NCBI GenBank assembly: GCA_965658465.1
Contig: CBFHSG010000016.1
Location: forward strand, 7,985 to 71,984
Length of the DNA: 64,000 nucleotides
Reading direction: 5' to 3'
Source of the DNA: Woeseiaceae bacterium
GTDB lineage: Bacteria; Pseudomonadota; Gammaproteobacteria; Steroidobacterales; Woeseiaceae
The notes below the pieces were generated by a model that saw nothing but the letters and a program-made list of their open reading frames with translations, was not told the origin of the DNA and searched no databases. The position numbers and the translations under genes are program-made. Shown here piece by piece: positions 53,937-64,000 of the stretch (positions within the stretch are counted from its first letter, which is position 1; the number at the start of each line of letters is the position of its first letter).

Positions 53937-56714
53937 TCAGTAGCGCCGGATGAACTCCAGCCCCACCTGCCGGGCCGTACCCGACCTCGCCCGGCGCGCA
54001 ACAAACAGGACCAATAACGTCATGACGAAGAACAGCGTCAATCGACCGCCGCCACCGCCGCCGGTACCCTCGTTGACGCCGACGACGACGGTGCGGGTGG
54101 CAGTCGCGAGGTTACCCGCACGGTCAGCCACACGGTAAGTGATGGTCTGCGTGCCCACTACGGTCGAATTGACTGCCCCCGAAACCTTGATCTTGTCGGT
54201 AATGTCACCGTCGATATCGTCGACCGCCGTAGCCCCCGGATCCATGTACTCCTGTCCCGCGGGGATGTTCACGCGGGCCTCGCCCAACAGTTCGATGTCC
54301 GGGTTTCTGCGATCGCCGAGACCCAGCCGGCCGATGCCGTTGTTCGCGTGAATCTCGAGCACGCCGGCGGCGCTGCCCACGAGAATCAGGTCGAGCGACT
54401 CGTCGCTATTGAAGTCGGTGAGCACGCCGCGCTTCATCCCCGCACTCACGATTTGCTCGGGCGCCAGGGAGAAACTGCCGTCCTGGGAGCCGAGATACAG
54501 CTGGTGGACACCGGCATCGTTGATCGCGACGATGTCCGTCCAGCCGTCGACGTCGATATCGCCCGATATGAGTGCGGTCACCGGTGAGGCACCGAATGAC
54601 TGGCCCGGCGCAAACTGCCCACTGGCCTGTTGATACAGCACCCTGTTTTGCGGCGCACTCATGTCATCGCCGTCGGTTGCCAGCAGGAGATCGGCGGCGC
54701 CGTCGCCATTTAGATCCGTAGCGCTTATGTTGGCGACGCTGCCCTGCTCGAGCGAGGTGACGCTGGCTACAGATCCGTCGCCGGCGTTGTAAACGAGATC
54801 GACCCTTCGATCCGAAGCGAGCACGACGATGAAGTCCTGGTCGCCATCCTGGTCGAGATCCGCGATAGCGAGGTCGCGCCCGGCCCCCGTTGTCAGCGGC
54901 GCGACGTCAATTCCGCCGTCCGCGGCGCGGGCCAGCAAGGCCGTGCCACCGGAGCCCGTGGCGAGGAGTTCGGAGATACCATTGCCGTCGGCATCCACTG
55001 TCAGCAGATCATTCACGTTCGCTATGCCGCTGCCTTGCAGGCTGGCGGCACTGCTGAAGCCGCCGGCGCCGTCGTTGACGAAGATTTCGACGGAGCGCCC
55101 GTTGAGGCCACCCACCGCGATGTCCGGCGACCCATCGCCGTTCCACTCGAGCACCGCGAGAGCGGAACCGCCGCTGTCCGGACCGAGGCTGATGCCCGGC
55201 GTCGTGACGGCACGGTTGCCACTGTTGAAGAACACGATGGTCTCGGCGCCAGTCGTAACGAGGTCGATCGCGCCGTCGCCGTCGAGATCGCCCATTTGCA
55301 GGGCGTCGCCTGCCACGTTCACGATCTGCGTGGGACCTTCGCTGAACTCGGCAACGACCGCCGCGCTCGCCAGGGCCTCGTTGTCCTCGGGATTCGGGTC
55401 ATCGGCGGTGACGAAACCGAGCAGAGAGTTGTCGCCATCGCTGTTTTGCACGCCCTGCACGCTGAGCGTCACAGACGTGCCGGCGGCGACGCTGAGCGTG
55501 CAATCCATGGCCGGCGTACTCGTGCCGTTATCGGTCACCACGCAACCCTGCGGAGCCGTCACCGTCAGTGGCGGACCGCTCGTAACCCAGCCCGCAAAAA
55601 ACTGGCCATCCTGCAGATCGGCGGGACCCTTGTTTTCGATGTCGATATTCCACTGCGCGTCCTCGCCCACGGTCACCGGGTTTGCCGCAAGCGCTATCTT
55701 GAGAACGACGTCACTGCGGGTATCGCGCAACACGACCAGTTGAAATGTCAGGGTGGCTGTGGCGCCTGCCCTGTCCCGTGCCTGCACCGCGACCGTGTAG
55801 GGCTCGTCGCGGGTATCCGCGCGCACCGGCGTGCCGGACAGAAGGCCAGTCCTCGCGTCGAGCTTCAGCGTCCCGCTCGCCGGCAATCCGCTGGCACTGA
55901 AGCGCAGCACGTCACCCTCGTCGGGGTCGTCGAAATTCGCTGCAAGGTTCAGGCTGTAGGCAATGCCTTCTATCGCTTCCTGCTCCGAAACCGGTGCAAC
56001 GACGAACGGCGGCTCGTTGCGCCGGAGTACCAGTAACTCGAATTGCAGGCTGGCAGACGCGCCCACTCGGTCGGTCGCCGTGACCCTGATCGTGTACGGC
56101 TTATCCCGAACGTCTGCGCTGACCGGCGTGCCTTCGATAACGGCAAGATCCTCGTCGAATTGCAGCGAGCCGCTGTCCGGAAGGCCGTCGATGCGGAAGC
56201 TCAGGCGATCGTCCTCGTCGGGATCGGCGAAATTCCCGACAAGCACCAGGCGAAACAGGGTGCCTTCGGTTGCCTCCTTGTCCGTTACGTCTCTCACCAC
56301 GTAGGGTGGCGAATTGGGTACTTCCTCGATGGTGATTGCAACCGTCGCTTCTCCCGAGATCCCGGTGCCGTCGAACGCCCGGTACTTGAATTCGTCATTG
56401 TCCTTATTGCTGCCATCATGCTGGTAGAGGAAGGTACCGTCGGCACGCAAGTCGAGTGTGCCTCGCTTGACGTCCTTCGTGAGTACGGCAGTCAGGCGGT
56501 CGCGTTCGAGATCGTAATCGTTGTCCAGCACGCTCTTTGCGCCGGAAGTCAGCTCGTCGACGGCACCGCCGCGGACAACGACGATGGTATCCCGCACCGC
56601 GAATGGCGCCCAGCCGCTCGCCCAGGCGGCCGTCGAACCGGCCAATACCGCAATTAAAACAGCGAGCCCCGCCATCGCGGGGCCAGGCTTCAGACGTGCC
56701 CGGATTGTCTGCAC
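53937..56714 (-). CDS. Large surface protein: cadherin-like/Ig-like repeats + DUF11/CARDB-like + seven FG-GAP/VCBS repeats + Ig-like domain + GlyGly-CTERM-like tail
   Basis: ORF 53937..56777 (GTG). I prefer GTG 56712-56714 (MQTIRARLKPGPAMAGLAVLIAVLAGSTAAWA). Two tandem repeats of about 100 aa (PPYVVRDVTDKEATEG... / PPFVVAPVSEQEAIEG...). Seven D-x-D/N-G-D-G-x-x-D-type repeats (DLDGDGAIDLV, WNGDGSPDIAV, DADGNGISELL, DLDQDGDQDFIV, DLNGDGAADLL, DIDVDGWTDIVA, DFNSDESLDLILV). Tail GTGGGGGGRLTLFFVMTLLVLFVARRARS. Confidence 0.75.
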   Translation of the reverse strand: MQTIRARLKPGPAMAGLAVLIAVLAGSTAAWASGWAPFAVRDTIVVVRGGAVDELTSGAKSVLDNDYDLERDRLTAVLTKDVKRGTLDLRADGTFLYQHDGSNKDNDEFKYRAFDGTGISGEATVAITIEEVPNSPPYVVRDVTDKEATEGTLFRLVLVGNFADPDEDDRLSFRIDGLPDSGSLQFDEDLAVIEGTPVSADVRDKPYTIRVTATDRVGASASLQFELLVLRRNEPPFVVAPVSEQEAIEGIAYSLNLAANFDDPDEGDVLRFSASGLPASGTLKLDARTGLLSGTPVRADTRDEPYTVAVQARDRAGATATLTFQLVVLRDTRSDVVLKIALAANPVTVGEDAQWNIDIENKGPADLQDGQFFAGWVTSGPPLTVTAPQGCVVTDNGTSTPAMDCTLSVAAGTSVTLSVQGVQNSDGDNSLLGFVTADDPNPEDNEALASAAVVAEFSEGPTQIVNVAGDALQMGDLDGDGAIDLVTTGAETIVFFNSGNRAVTTPGISLGPDSGGSALAVLEWNGDGSPDIAVGGLNGRSVEIFVNDGAGGFSSAASLQGSGIANVNDLLTVDADGNGISELLATGSGGTALLARAADGGIDVAPLTTGAGRDLAIADLDQDGDQDFIVVLASDRRVDLVYNAGDGSVASVTSLEQGSVANISATDLNGDGAADLLLATDGDDMSAPQNRVLYQQASGQFAPGQSFGASPVTALISGDIDVDGWTDIVAINDAGVHQLYLGSQDGSFSLAPEQIVSAGMKRGVLTDFNSDESLDLILVGSAAGVLEIHANNGIGRLGLGDRRNPDIELLGEARVNIPAGQEYMDPGATAVDDIDGDITDKIKVSGAVNSTVVGTQTITYRVADRAGNLATATRTVVVGVNEGTGGGGGGRLTLFFVMTLLVLFVARRARSGTARQVGLEFIRRY

Positions 56715-56895
56715 AATGCGATCCCCTGCTCTGTCGTTATTGTCGTAGGCTGCGTTCCATGGAGTGTAGCGAAACACAGTGACAGGTAAAAGACATAGTG
56801 CTTCGGATAATTATGGTAAATTGTTGAATTTTCAAAAGATATCTTACACGCATCTGTACAGGTCTTTATGCCGCGTGTCACGAACAAAGTTCGCA

Positions 56896-58362
56896 ATGGC
56901 CAAAATTCGCAAGCACATTAATGCCCTGAGACAACGGAAGAAGACAGTGATCGTAAGCCTAATCCTGATTTTCGAAGTGCTCGGCATCCTGTCGGCAATG
57001 CATGCGGTCATGAACGTCCGCACGCCGCAGGGGTCCATTGCCTGGGCCGTATCGCTTGTGATCGTGCCGGTCGTCAGCGTGCCGGCGTACTGGGTGTTCG
57101 GCCGCGACCGTTTCAAGGGCTACGTGGTCGCGAGGCGCGCCGACGACGATCGCCTCGAGGAGCTTTGGCGGCGTGCCCGGCAGGGCGTCCAGCAACTCGT
57201 TGCCGATACGGACTGGCAGAATGCGGCGATCCGCGGTACCGAAAGCCTCGCGCGCCTGCCGTTCACGGGCGGCAATGAAGTGGAGTTGCTGGTCGACGGC
57301 GAAGCCACCTTCGAGAGTATCTTCGCCGGAATCGATTCCGCGCAGGACTATGTGCTGGTGCAGTTCTATATCGTGCGCGCCGACAATCTCGGCAACGAGC
57401 TGAAGGCGCGCCTTGTCGACGCAGCGGGCCGCGGCGTCCAGGTTTACTTTCTCTACGACGAAATCGGCAGCCTGGGCCTGGAGAAATCGTATATCGACGA
57501 CTTGCGGCGCGGCGGTGTGGCGATGCTGCCGTTCCACAGTCGCAAGGGCTCCGGCAACCGTTTCCAGCTCAATTTTCGCAATCACCGCAAGACCGTCGTG
57601 GTCGACGGTCGCGAGGCATGGATCGGAGGCCACAACGTCGGCGATGAATACCTGGGCAGGGACGCGAGCGTCGGCCGCTGGCGGGATACGCATATGCGTG
57701 TCGCCGGTCCGGGAGCGCTGGGCGCCCAGATCGCTTTCGTGGAAGACTGGCGCTGGGCCGCCGACGAGACACTGCATGACCTCAACTGGGCGCCGGCACC
57801 GGCTCCCGGCGGTAATGCAAAGTCGCTGGTCATCGCCAGCGGACCAGCCGACGAAGTAGATACCGCTTCCCTGATGTACACGCAGGCGATCAATGCGGCG
57901 GCCCGGCGCATCTGGATCGCAAGCCCCTATTTCGTTCCGGACGAGACCATCGTGCAATCGCTGCAGCTGGCCGCACTTCGCGGCGTCGATGTTCGAATCC
58001 TGATCCCGGAAAAATCGGACAGCGCTCTCGTTACGCTCGCAGGCTATTCGTTCTTCGACGAGGTCGGCTCGACCGGCGTCAGCTTTTATCGCTACCAGGA
58101 CGGCTTCCTGCACGGCAAGGTGATGCTGATCGACGATTCCGTGGCCACCGTCGGTACCGCTAATTTTGACAACCGCTCGTTCCGGCTCAATTTCGAGATC
58201 ACGGCGGTGGTCGTCGAACAGCAATTTGCCGATGCCGTGAGGGCCATGTTCGAAGAAGACTTCAGCAGGTCCCGCCGCATGCAAGCCGGTGAGTTTGACG
58301 ACAAGAACTACCTGTTCAGGGTTGCCGCAAGACTTGCGAGGCTGGCCTCGCCGGTTCTCTGA
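56896..58362 (+). CDS. cls: Cardiolipin synthase (ClsA type)
   Basis: ORF 56779..58362, ATG 56896. Two N-terminal TM segments (VIVSLILIFEVLGILSAMHAV..., AWAVSLVIVPVVSVPAYWVFG). HKD motifs NHRKTVVVDGREAWIGGHNVGD and LHGKVMLIDDSVATVGTANFD. Confidence 0.85.
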   Translation: MAKIRKHINALRQRKKTVIVSLILIFEVLGILSAMHAVMNVRTPQGSIAWAVSLVIVPVVSVPAYWVFGRDRFKGYVVARRADDDRLEELWRRARQGVQQLVADTDWQNAAIRGTESLARLPFTGGNEVELLVDGEATFESIFAGIDSAQDYVLVQFYIVRADNLGNELKARLVDAAGRGVQVYFLYDEIGSLGLEKSYIDDLRRGGVAMLPFHSRKGSGNRFQLNFRNHRKTVVVDGREAWIGGHNVGDEYLGRDASVGRWRDTHMRVAGPGALGAQIAFVEDWRWAADETLHDLNWAPAPAPGGNAKSLVIASGPADEVDTASLMYTQAINAAARRIWIASPYFVPDETIVQSLQLAALRGVDVRILIPEKSDSALVTLAGYSFFDEVGSTGVSFYRYQDGFLHGKVMLIDDSVATVGTANFDNRSFRLNFEITAVVVEQQFADAVRAMFEEDFSRSRRMQAGEFDDKNYLFRVAARLARLASPVL

Positions 58363-59445
58363 TCAGCGTCCGGCCGCCGGCGCGTTCTTGACGGCGACGG
58401 ACTTGATCTGCGCCAGCACCTGATCGCCCGGCTCGAGGTTCAGCGCACTGCGCGACCGGCGCGTGACCCGGGCGAGGATATGCCCGGCGCCGACTGCCAG
58501 CTGCACGAGTGCGCAGGACTCGCCGTCGTCGCGAATGGATTCGATGGATGCCGGCAGCACGTTGAGCACCGTCGAGGCACCGGTATCTTCGCGACAGAGG
58601 CTGACGTCATTTGCGCGAATACGCAGCCGCAAGGGTGCGCCGGTCTCGTAGGCTCCGGGCACCCACATCTCGATGCCGTCGAAGGCGATCTTCGTCAGGC
58701 CATCGCCGACATCGCGGTCGATCGCTTCGGCATGGATGATCGCACCCGCTTCTTCGCCGCCGAGCAGTGGCAGGTCGGCACGCAGCAGCACGTCCTGTAT
58801 GTCTCCTGCAGCAATGATCCGGCCCCGCTCCATGACGAGCAGGTAGTCGCAAAGACGAATCACCTCTTCGATGCTATGGCTGACGTATATCACCGGAATG
58901 GAAAGCGCCGAGTGAAGCCTGTCGAGGAACGGCAGGATTTCGTCGCGCCGCGCGCGGTCGAGCGCCGCTATCGGCTCGTCCATGAGCACGACCCGGGGCG
59001 AACGCAGCAGCGCCCTGGCAATCGCCACGCGCTGCGCTTCGCCGCCCGACAAGGTATCGACGCGGCGGTCCAGCAGGTCGCGCAGACCAAGCAGTTCCAC
59101 GGCTTCGTCAAAACCGACATCTTCGCGGCGGCCGCGCCGCTGGCCGTACTCGATGTTCTGCCGCACGTCCAGGTGCGCGAACAGGCGCGGCTCCTGGAAT
59201 ACGTAGCCAATCTCCCGGTCATGCACCGGTCGCGAAACGCTGTCGTCCTGCCAGACTTCATCCGCGATGAGGAGACGGCCGGACGCACCTCGCTCGAGCC
59301 CGGCGATGCAGCGCAGGAGCGCCGTCTTGCCCGCACCGGATTCGCCGAATACGCCTGTAATTCCCCGCATCGGAATGTCGGCGTCCACGTCCAGCGCGAA
59401 GTCGCTGCGCTGCAGCCGGTAGCGGACGGAAATATGCCTGCTCAC
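58363..59445 (-). CDS. modC: Molybdate ABC transporter ATP-binding protein
   Basis: 360 aa, GTG start overlapping the modB stop. Walker A GESGAGKT, signature LSGGEAQRVAIARAL, C-terminal TOBE/Mop-like domain. Confidence 0.85.
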   Translation of the reverse strand: MSRHISVRYRLQRSDFALDVDADIPMRGITGVFGESGAGKTALLRCIAGLERGASGRLLIADEVWQDDSVSRPVHDREIGYVFQEPRLFAHLDVRQNIEYGQRRGRREDVGFDEAVELLGLRDLLDRRVDTLSGGEAQRVAIARALLRSPRVVLMDEPIAALDRARRDEILPFLDRLHSALSIPVIYVSHSIEEVIRLCDYLLVMERGRIIAAGDIQDVLLRADLPLLGGEEAGAIIHAEAIDRDVGDGLTKIAFDGIEMWVPGAYETGAPLRLRIRANDVSLCREDTGASTVLNVLPASIESIRDDGESCALVQLAVGAGHILARVTRRSRSALNLEPGDQVLAQIKSVAVKNAPAAGR

Positions 59446-60116
59446 CGCGATCGTCTCTCGAGGCGGCGGTTGGCCAGAAACATCGACAGGAGTATCGCGA
59501 ACGCGAATACAACGAGGATGATCGACATCTGGTGCGCACTTGCATAATCGAGCGATTCGACGTGATCGTAGATGGCAATCGAGACGACGCGTGTCTCACC
59601 GGGGATGTTGCCGCCGACCATCAGCACGACACCGAACTCTCCGAGCGTGTGAGCGAAACTCAGCACCGTCGCGGTAAGGAAGCCCGGCGCGGAAAGCGGC
59701 ACCGCAATCGTGAAGAATGCATCGAGTTCCGAAGCACCGAGCGTGCGGGCTGCCTCCACTTCCTGGCTGCCAAGGGCGTCGAACGCACTCTGTAACGGCT
59801 GCACTGCGAACGGCAGGCTGTAGAAGCAGGAAGCGATGACGAGCCCCGTGAATGAGAACGTCAGCGCCTCACCGGTTACCTCGACCCACCAGCGTCCGAT
59901 CGCACCGTACGGCCCGAGGACGATCAGCAGGTAAAACCCCATGACCGTTGGCGGCAGTACGATCGGCAAGGCCACGATGGCCTGTATCGCCGGTTTGAGG
60001 CGCGACTGCGTTCGTGACAACCACCAGGCGAGCGGCGTCCCCAGCACCACAAGGATTAGGGTCGTCAATGCGGCCAGCTGCAGCGACAGCAGCAGGGGCC
60101 CCAACGTCGATGCCAT
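59442..60116 (-). CDS. modB: Molybdate ABC transporter permease
   Basis: 224 aa. ...ALPIVLPPTVMGFYLL...EAARTLGAS... (EAA loop). Sits between modA and modC with overlapping junctions. Confidence 0.85.
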   Translation of the reverse strand: MASTLGPLLLSLQLAALTTLILVVLGTPLAWWLSRTQSRLKPAIQAIVALPIVLPPTVMGFYLLIVLGPYGAIGRWWVEVTGEALTFSFTGLVIASCFYSLPFAVQPLQSAFDALGSQEVEAARTLGASELDAFFTIAVPLSAPGFLTATVLSFAHTLGEFGVVLMVGGNIPGETRVVSIAIYDHVESLDYASAHQMSIILVVFAFAILLSMFLANRRLERRSR

Positions 60117-60868
60117 TACTCCTTCACCTCGGGCAAGCTGTATCCATGCCGCCGGATAATGGCACGTCCGGCGTCGCCTCGCAGGAACAGGAGAAATGAC
60201 TTTGCACCTTCCGATGCCGCCCCCCGCTGCAGCAGTATCGCCTGCTGGTCGATCGGGGCATGCATCGTGTCCGGTACCGGCCAGCTGCAGGACGCGGGAG
60301 GCAGCGACGGTGCCTGCAGCTGCGAAGCTGCAATGAAGCCGAGCTGCGCGTTGCCCGATGCGGCGAACTGTAACGTCTGCGCAATATTCTCACCGATAAC
60401 GAGGCGGTCGCGCAGCGAGTCCCAGAGCCCCGACCGTTGCAGGAACGATTTCGCTGCCGCACCGTAAGGCGCGTTCTCCGGGTTTGCGATCGCGATGCGC
60501 CCGGCGGCGTTGCTGTGCAGCGCGGCCCGGCAGTCTTCGACCTGACGGGACCAGAGGACGAGCTCGCCGAGCGCATAGGTGAAACGTGATCCGGGTACGC
60601 CCGCGCCCCCCGTTTCCAGGCGCTTCGGACGCTCCACGTCAGCCGCCAGCAGCACATCGAACGGCGCACCGTTCACGATCTGGGCATAGAGCTTGCCCGT
60701 CGAAGCCGTAGTGATGCGGGTCTCGTAGTTCGACTGCTCTTCAAACTGTGCGGCGACATCACGTGCGGTGGCCGCAAAATTGCTTGCCACGGCGACAGTG
60801 ACGTAATCCTGCCCGGCCGCTGCGACCGGCACCAGGATCAACGCGACGAGGAATAGTCGTGGTGCGAT
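60116..60868 (-). CDS. modA: Molybdate-binding periplasmic protein; probable non-canonical ATC start
   Basis: The ORF track starts at TTG 60841 (MILVPVAAAGQDYVTVAVASNF...), which leaves only a 9-residue leader. Extending in frame to ATC 60866-60868 gives (M)APRLFLVALILVPVAAA-GQD, a complete signal peptide, with GGGG 7 nt upstream. Mature part ...TVAVASNFAATARDV...STGKLYAQIVNGAPFDVLLAAD. Confidence 0.75.
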   Translation of the reverse strand: MAPRLFLVALILVPVAAAGQDYVTVAVASNFAATARDVAAQFEEQSNYETRITTASTGKLYAQIVNGAPFDVLLAADVERPKRLETGGAGVPGSRFTYALGELVLWSRQVEDCRAALHSNAAGRIAIANPENAPYGAAAKSFLQRSGLWDSLRDRLVIGENIAQTLQFAASGNAQLGFIAASQLQAPSLPPASCSWPVPDTMHAPIDQQAILLQRGAASEGAKSFLLFLRGDAGRAIIRRHGYSLPEVKE

Positions 60869-60872
60869 GGAA

Positions 60873-63056
60873 TTACCCCGAACGGCTGGCCTTCAGTTTC
60901 TGACGGTAGTCGTGAAGCAAAGGTTCAGTATAACCGTTCGGTTGCTCGCATCCCTTGAAGACGAGGTCGCAGGCGGCGCGGAAAGCAATGCTGCCATCGT
61001 AGTCATCGCTCATCCGGAGATAATTGGGATCACCCGCATTTTGCTCGTCGACGACGGCCGCCATGCGCTCGAACGTCTCGCGCACCTGCTCTTCACTCGT
61101 AACACCATGCAGCAGCCAGTTGGCCATGTGCTGGCTCGAGATACGCAGCGTCGCACGATCTTCCATGAGACCGACGTCATTGATATCGGGTACTTTGGAA
61201 CAACCGACGCCCTGGTCGATCCAGCGCACGACATATCCCAGTATCCCCTGGGCGTTGTTGTCGAGTTCGTTCTGGATCGTTCTGGTGTCCAGCGTGGCAG
61301 CATCGCAGAGCGGCGGAGTCAGGATGTCGTCGAGGCTGGCAAGCGGCCGCGATGCGAGTTCCCGCTGTCTCGCCGCGACGTCGACGAAGTGATAATGCAT
61401 TACGTGCAGGGTCGCCGCCGTTGGCGATGGCACCCAGGCGCAATTGGCGCCCGCTTCCGGGTGCGCCTGCTTGGTGTCCATCATCTGCTTCATTTCATCG
61501 GGCTTCGGCCACATTCCCTTGCCGATCTGCGCCCGGCCGGGCAGACCGCAACGGATACCAATATCGACGTTCCAGTCCTCGTAAGCGTTGATCCAGGGCT
61601 CCTGCTTGATCGCCTCCTTGGGCTTCATCGGTCCGGCACGCATACTGGTGTGAATTTCATCGCCGGTGCGATCGAGAAAACCGGTATTGATGAAGACCAG
61701 CCGATCCTTCACGGCACGGATGCACGCCATCAGGTTAACGGTCGTGCGGCGCTCTTCGTCCATCACACCGACCTTGAGAGTATTCGGCTCGAGCTCGTAG
61801 AGGTCCTCGACACGCGAGAACAAGGCGTCGGTAAAGCGCGCCTCATCCGGCCCGTGCATCTTCGGCTTGACGATATAGACGCTGCCGTGGCGACTGTTCG
61901 GCAGGCTGTCACCCACCTTGCGGTTAGCCAGGGCGCACGCCGTCGTTATGACGGCATCCATGATCCCCTCGAACACTTCTTCACCGTGACGATCAAGGAT
62001 CGTGCTGTTAGTCATCAGGTGTCCGACGTTGCGGACCAGCATCAGGCTGCGGCCGGACAGGACGATGGGTTTGCCGTCGACGCCGGTGTACTCGCGATCG
62101 GCGTTCAATCGCCGCGTGAGCGTCTCACCGCCTTTGGAGAACGTTGTGTCGAGCGTTCCCTGCATCAGTCCCAGCCAGTTTCGATAGACGCTTACCTTGT
62201 CTTCCGCGTCCACGGCGGCAACCGAGTCCTCGCAATCCTGGATCGTCGTGATTGCCGATTCCAGCACGACGTCGGCAACGTTGGCGGCGGCCTCGCGGCC
62301 GATCGGGTGCTGCGGATTCGTCTGTATCTCGATGTGCAGGCCATTGTGTGCGAAGAGGTACGTTACCGCGTCGCCGTTACGCGCGTGGCCCCGGAAAACG
62401 CCGGGATCCGCGAGGCTGACGGTCTTGCCGTCGACGGCCGCTACGAACTCGTCTCCGGCGAGTCCGTAGTCCGATATATCCGAATGACTGGTCCCGTCGA
62501 GCGGCAGCACCTGGTCGAGGAACCCCTGTGCATAGCGAATGACCTCGCAGCCGCGCGTCGGGTTATAGGGCCCGGCTCGCTCCCGGCCGTCTTCTTCGCT
62601 GATGACGTCGGTGCCGTAAAGCGCATCGTACAGGCTACCCCAGCGCGCATTGGCGGCGTTCAGCGCGAAACGTGCGTTACTGACCGGTACCACGAGCTGC
62701 GGCCCGGCAACCTCGGCGATTTCTGCGTCGACGTTCGCGGTTCCGATCGTGAAAGCTTCGCCAGTCTCCAGCAGGTAGCCAATGGATTTGAGGAAGGCGA
62801 CGTATTCGGCGTGGTCGAAGTCCCTGCCCGGACGTGCGAGATGCCATTCATCGATTTTCTGCTGGAGGGCGTCACGCGTAGCCAGCAGCTCGCGGTTGAC
62901 CGGGGTCAATTCATCGATCAATGCCTCGAATCCGGCCCAGAAACCGGCCGCCTCGACATCGATCGCGGGCAGGAGCTCTTTCTCGACAAAATCGAAAAAG
63001 GCCGTGTCGACTTTCAGTCCACCGACTTCCCGCCGGCCCTTTTCACTGTTGCTCAT
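60873..63056 (-). CDS. glcB: Malate synthase G
   Basis: ORF 60873..63176. ATG 63054-63056 gives [30 protein letters not shown]... About 727 aa, with ...[34 protein letters not shown]... typical of GlcB. Confidence 0.9.
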   Translation of the reverse strand: MSNSEKGRREVGGLKVDTAFFDFVEKELLPAIDVEAAGFWAGFEALIDELTPVNRELLATRDALQQKIDEWHLARPGRDFDHAEYVAFLKSIGYLLETGEAFTIGTANVDAEIAEVAGPQLVVPVSNARFALNAANARWGSLYDALYGTDVISEEDGRERAGPYNPTRGCEVIRYAQGFLDQVLPLDGTSHSDISDYGLAGDEFVAAVDGKTVSLADPGVFRGHARNGDAVTYLFAHNGLHIEIQTNPQHPIGREAAANVADVVLESAITTIQDCEDSVAAVDAEDKVSVYRNWLGLMQGTLDTTFSKGGETLTRRLNADREYTGVDGKPIVLSGRSLMLVRNVGHLMTNSTILDRHGEEVFEGIMDAVITTACALANRKVGDSLPNSRHGSVYIVKPKMHGPDEARFTDALFSRVEDLYELEPNTLKVGVMDEERRTTVNLMACIRAVKDRLVFINTGFLDRTGDEIHTSMRAGPMKPKEAIKQEPWINAYEDWNVDIGIRCGLPGRAQIGKGMWPKPDEMKQMMDTKQAHPEAGANCAWVPSPTAATLHVMHYHFVDVAARQRELASRPLASLDDILTPPLCDAATLDTRTIQNELDNNAQGILGYVVRWIDQGVGCSKVPDINDVGLMEDRATLRISSQHMANWLLHGVTSEEQVRETFERMAAVVDEQNAGDPNYLRMSDDYDGSIAFRAACDLVFKGCEQPNGYTEPLLHDYRQKLKASRSG

Positions 63057-63069
63057 GTCACCTGTCTTG

Positions 63070-64000
<931 letters not shown>

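Overview
High-GC bacterial chromosomal window, densely coded, with about 52 supportable protein genes. Gene content suggests a marine gammaproteobacterium, but that is inference only. I found no rRNA, tRNA, CRISPR array, integrase or transposase.

Recognisable blocks:
- metA-metY
- an arsR / arsC-acr3 arsenic locus
- a LigD-type end-joining set split into three coupled genes
- sod and a Xi-class GST
- an RND pump pair
- the NAGGN osmoprotectant trio (asnO-ngg-M42 peptidase), with a divergent marR-ggt pair
- nhaD and an MscK-type channel
- cardiolipin synthase
- aceA-glcB followed directly by modABC

I cannot point to one unmistakable new system. The best candidates for undescribed biology are:
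1. A TetR-headed, same-strand run of envelope genes around a DUF3604 protein and a short Omp85-type barrel. A second DUF3604 copy sits beside another barrel-like gene, with a decayed DUF3604 3' relic between them.
2. The Ku-less three-gene split LigD, translationally coupled to an MBL-fold/rhodanese gene.
3. A Rieske-GltS(FMN) fusion inside an osmoadaptation neighbourhood.
4. An AsnB/lipoprotein/OM-barrel operon convergent with a cadherin/FG-GAP giant protein and a Cys/His-rich small protein.

Smaller sequence-level observations are a MITE-like element, several strong palindromic operator candidates, a probable non-canonical ATC start for modA, and a possible 1-nt frameshift cutting off a signal peptide.

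All family calls come from motif recognition by eye, with no database search. Start codons are often uncertain because the ORF track opens at the first ATG/GTG/TTG.
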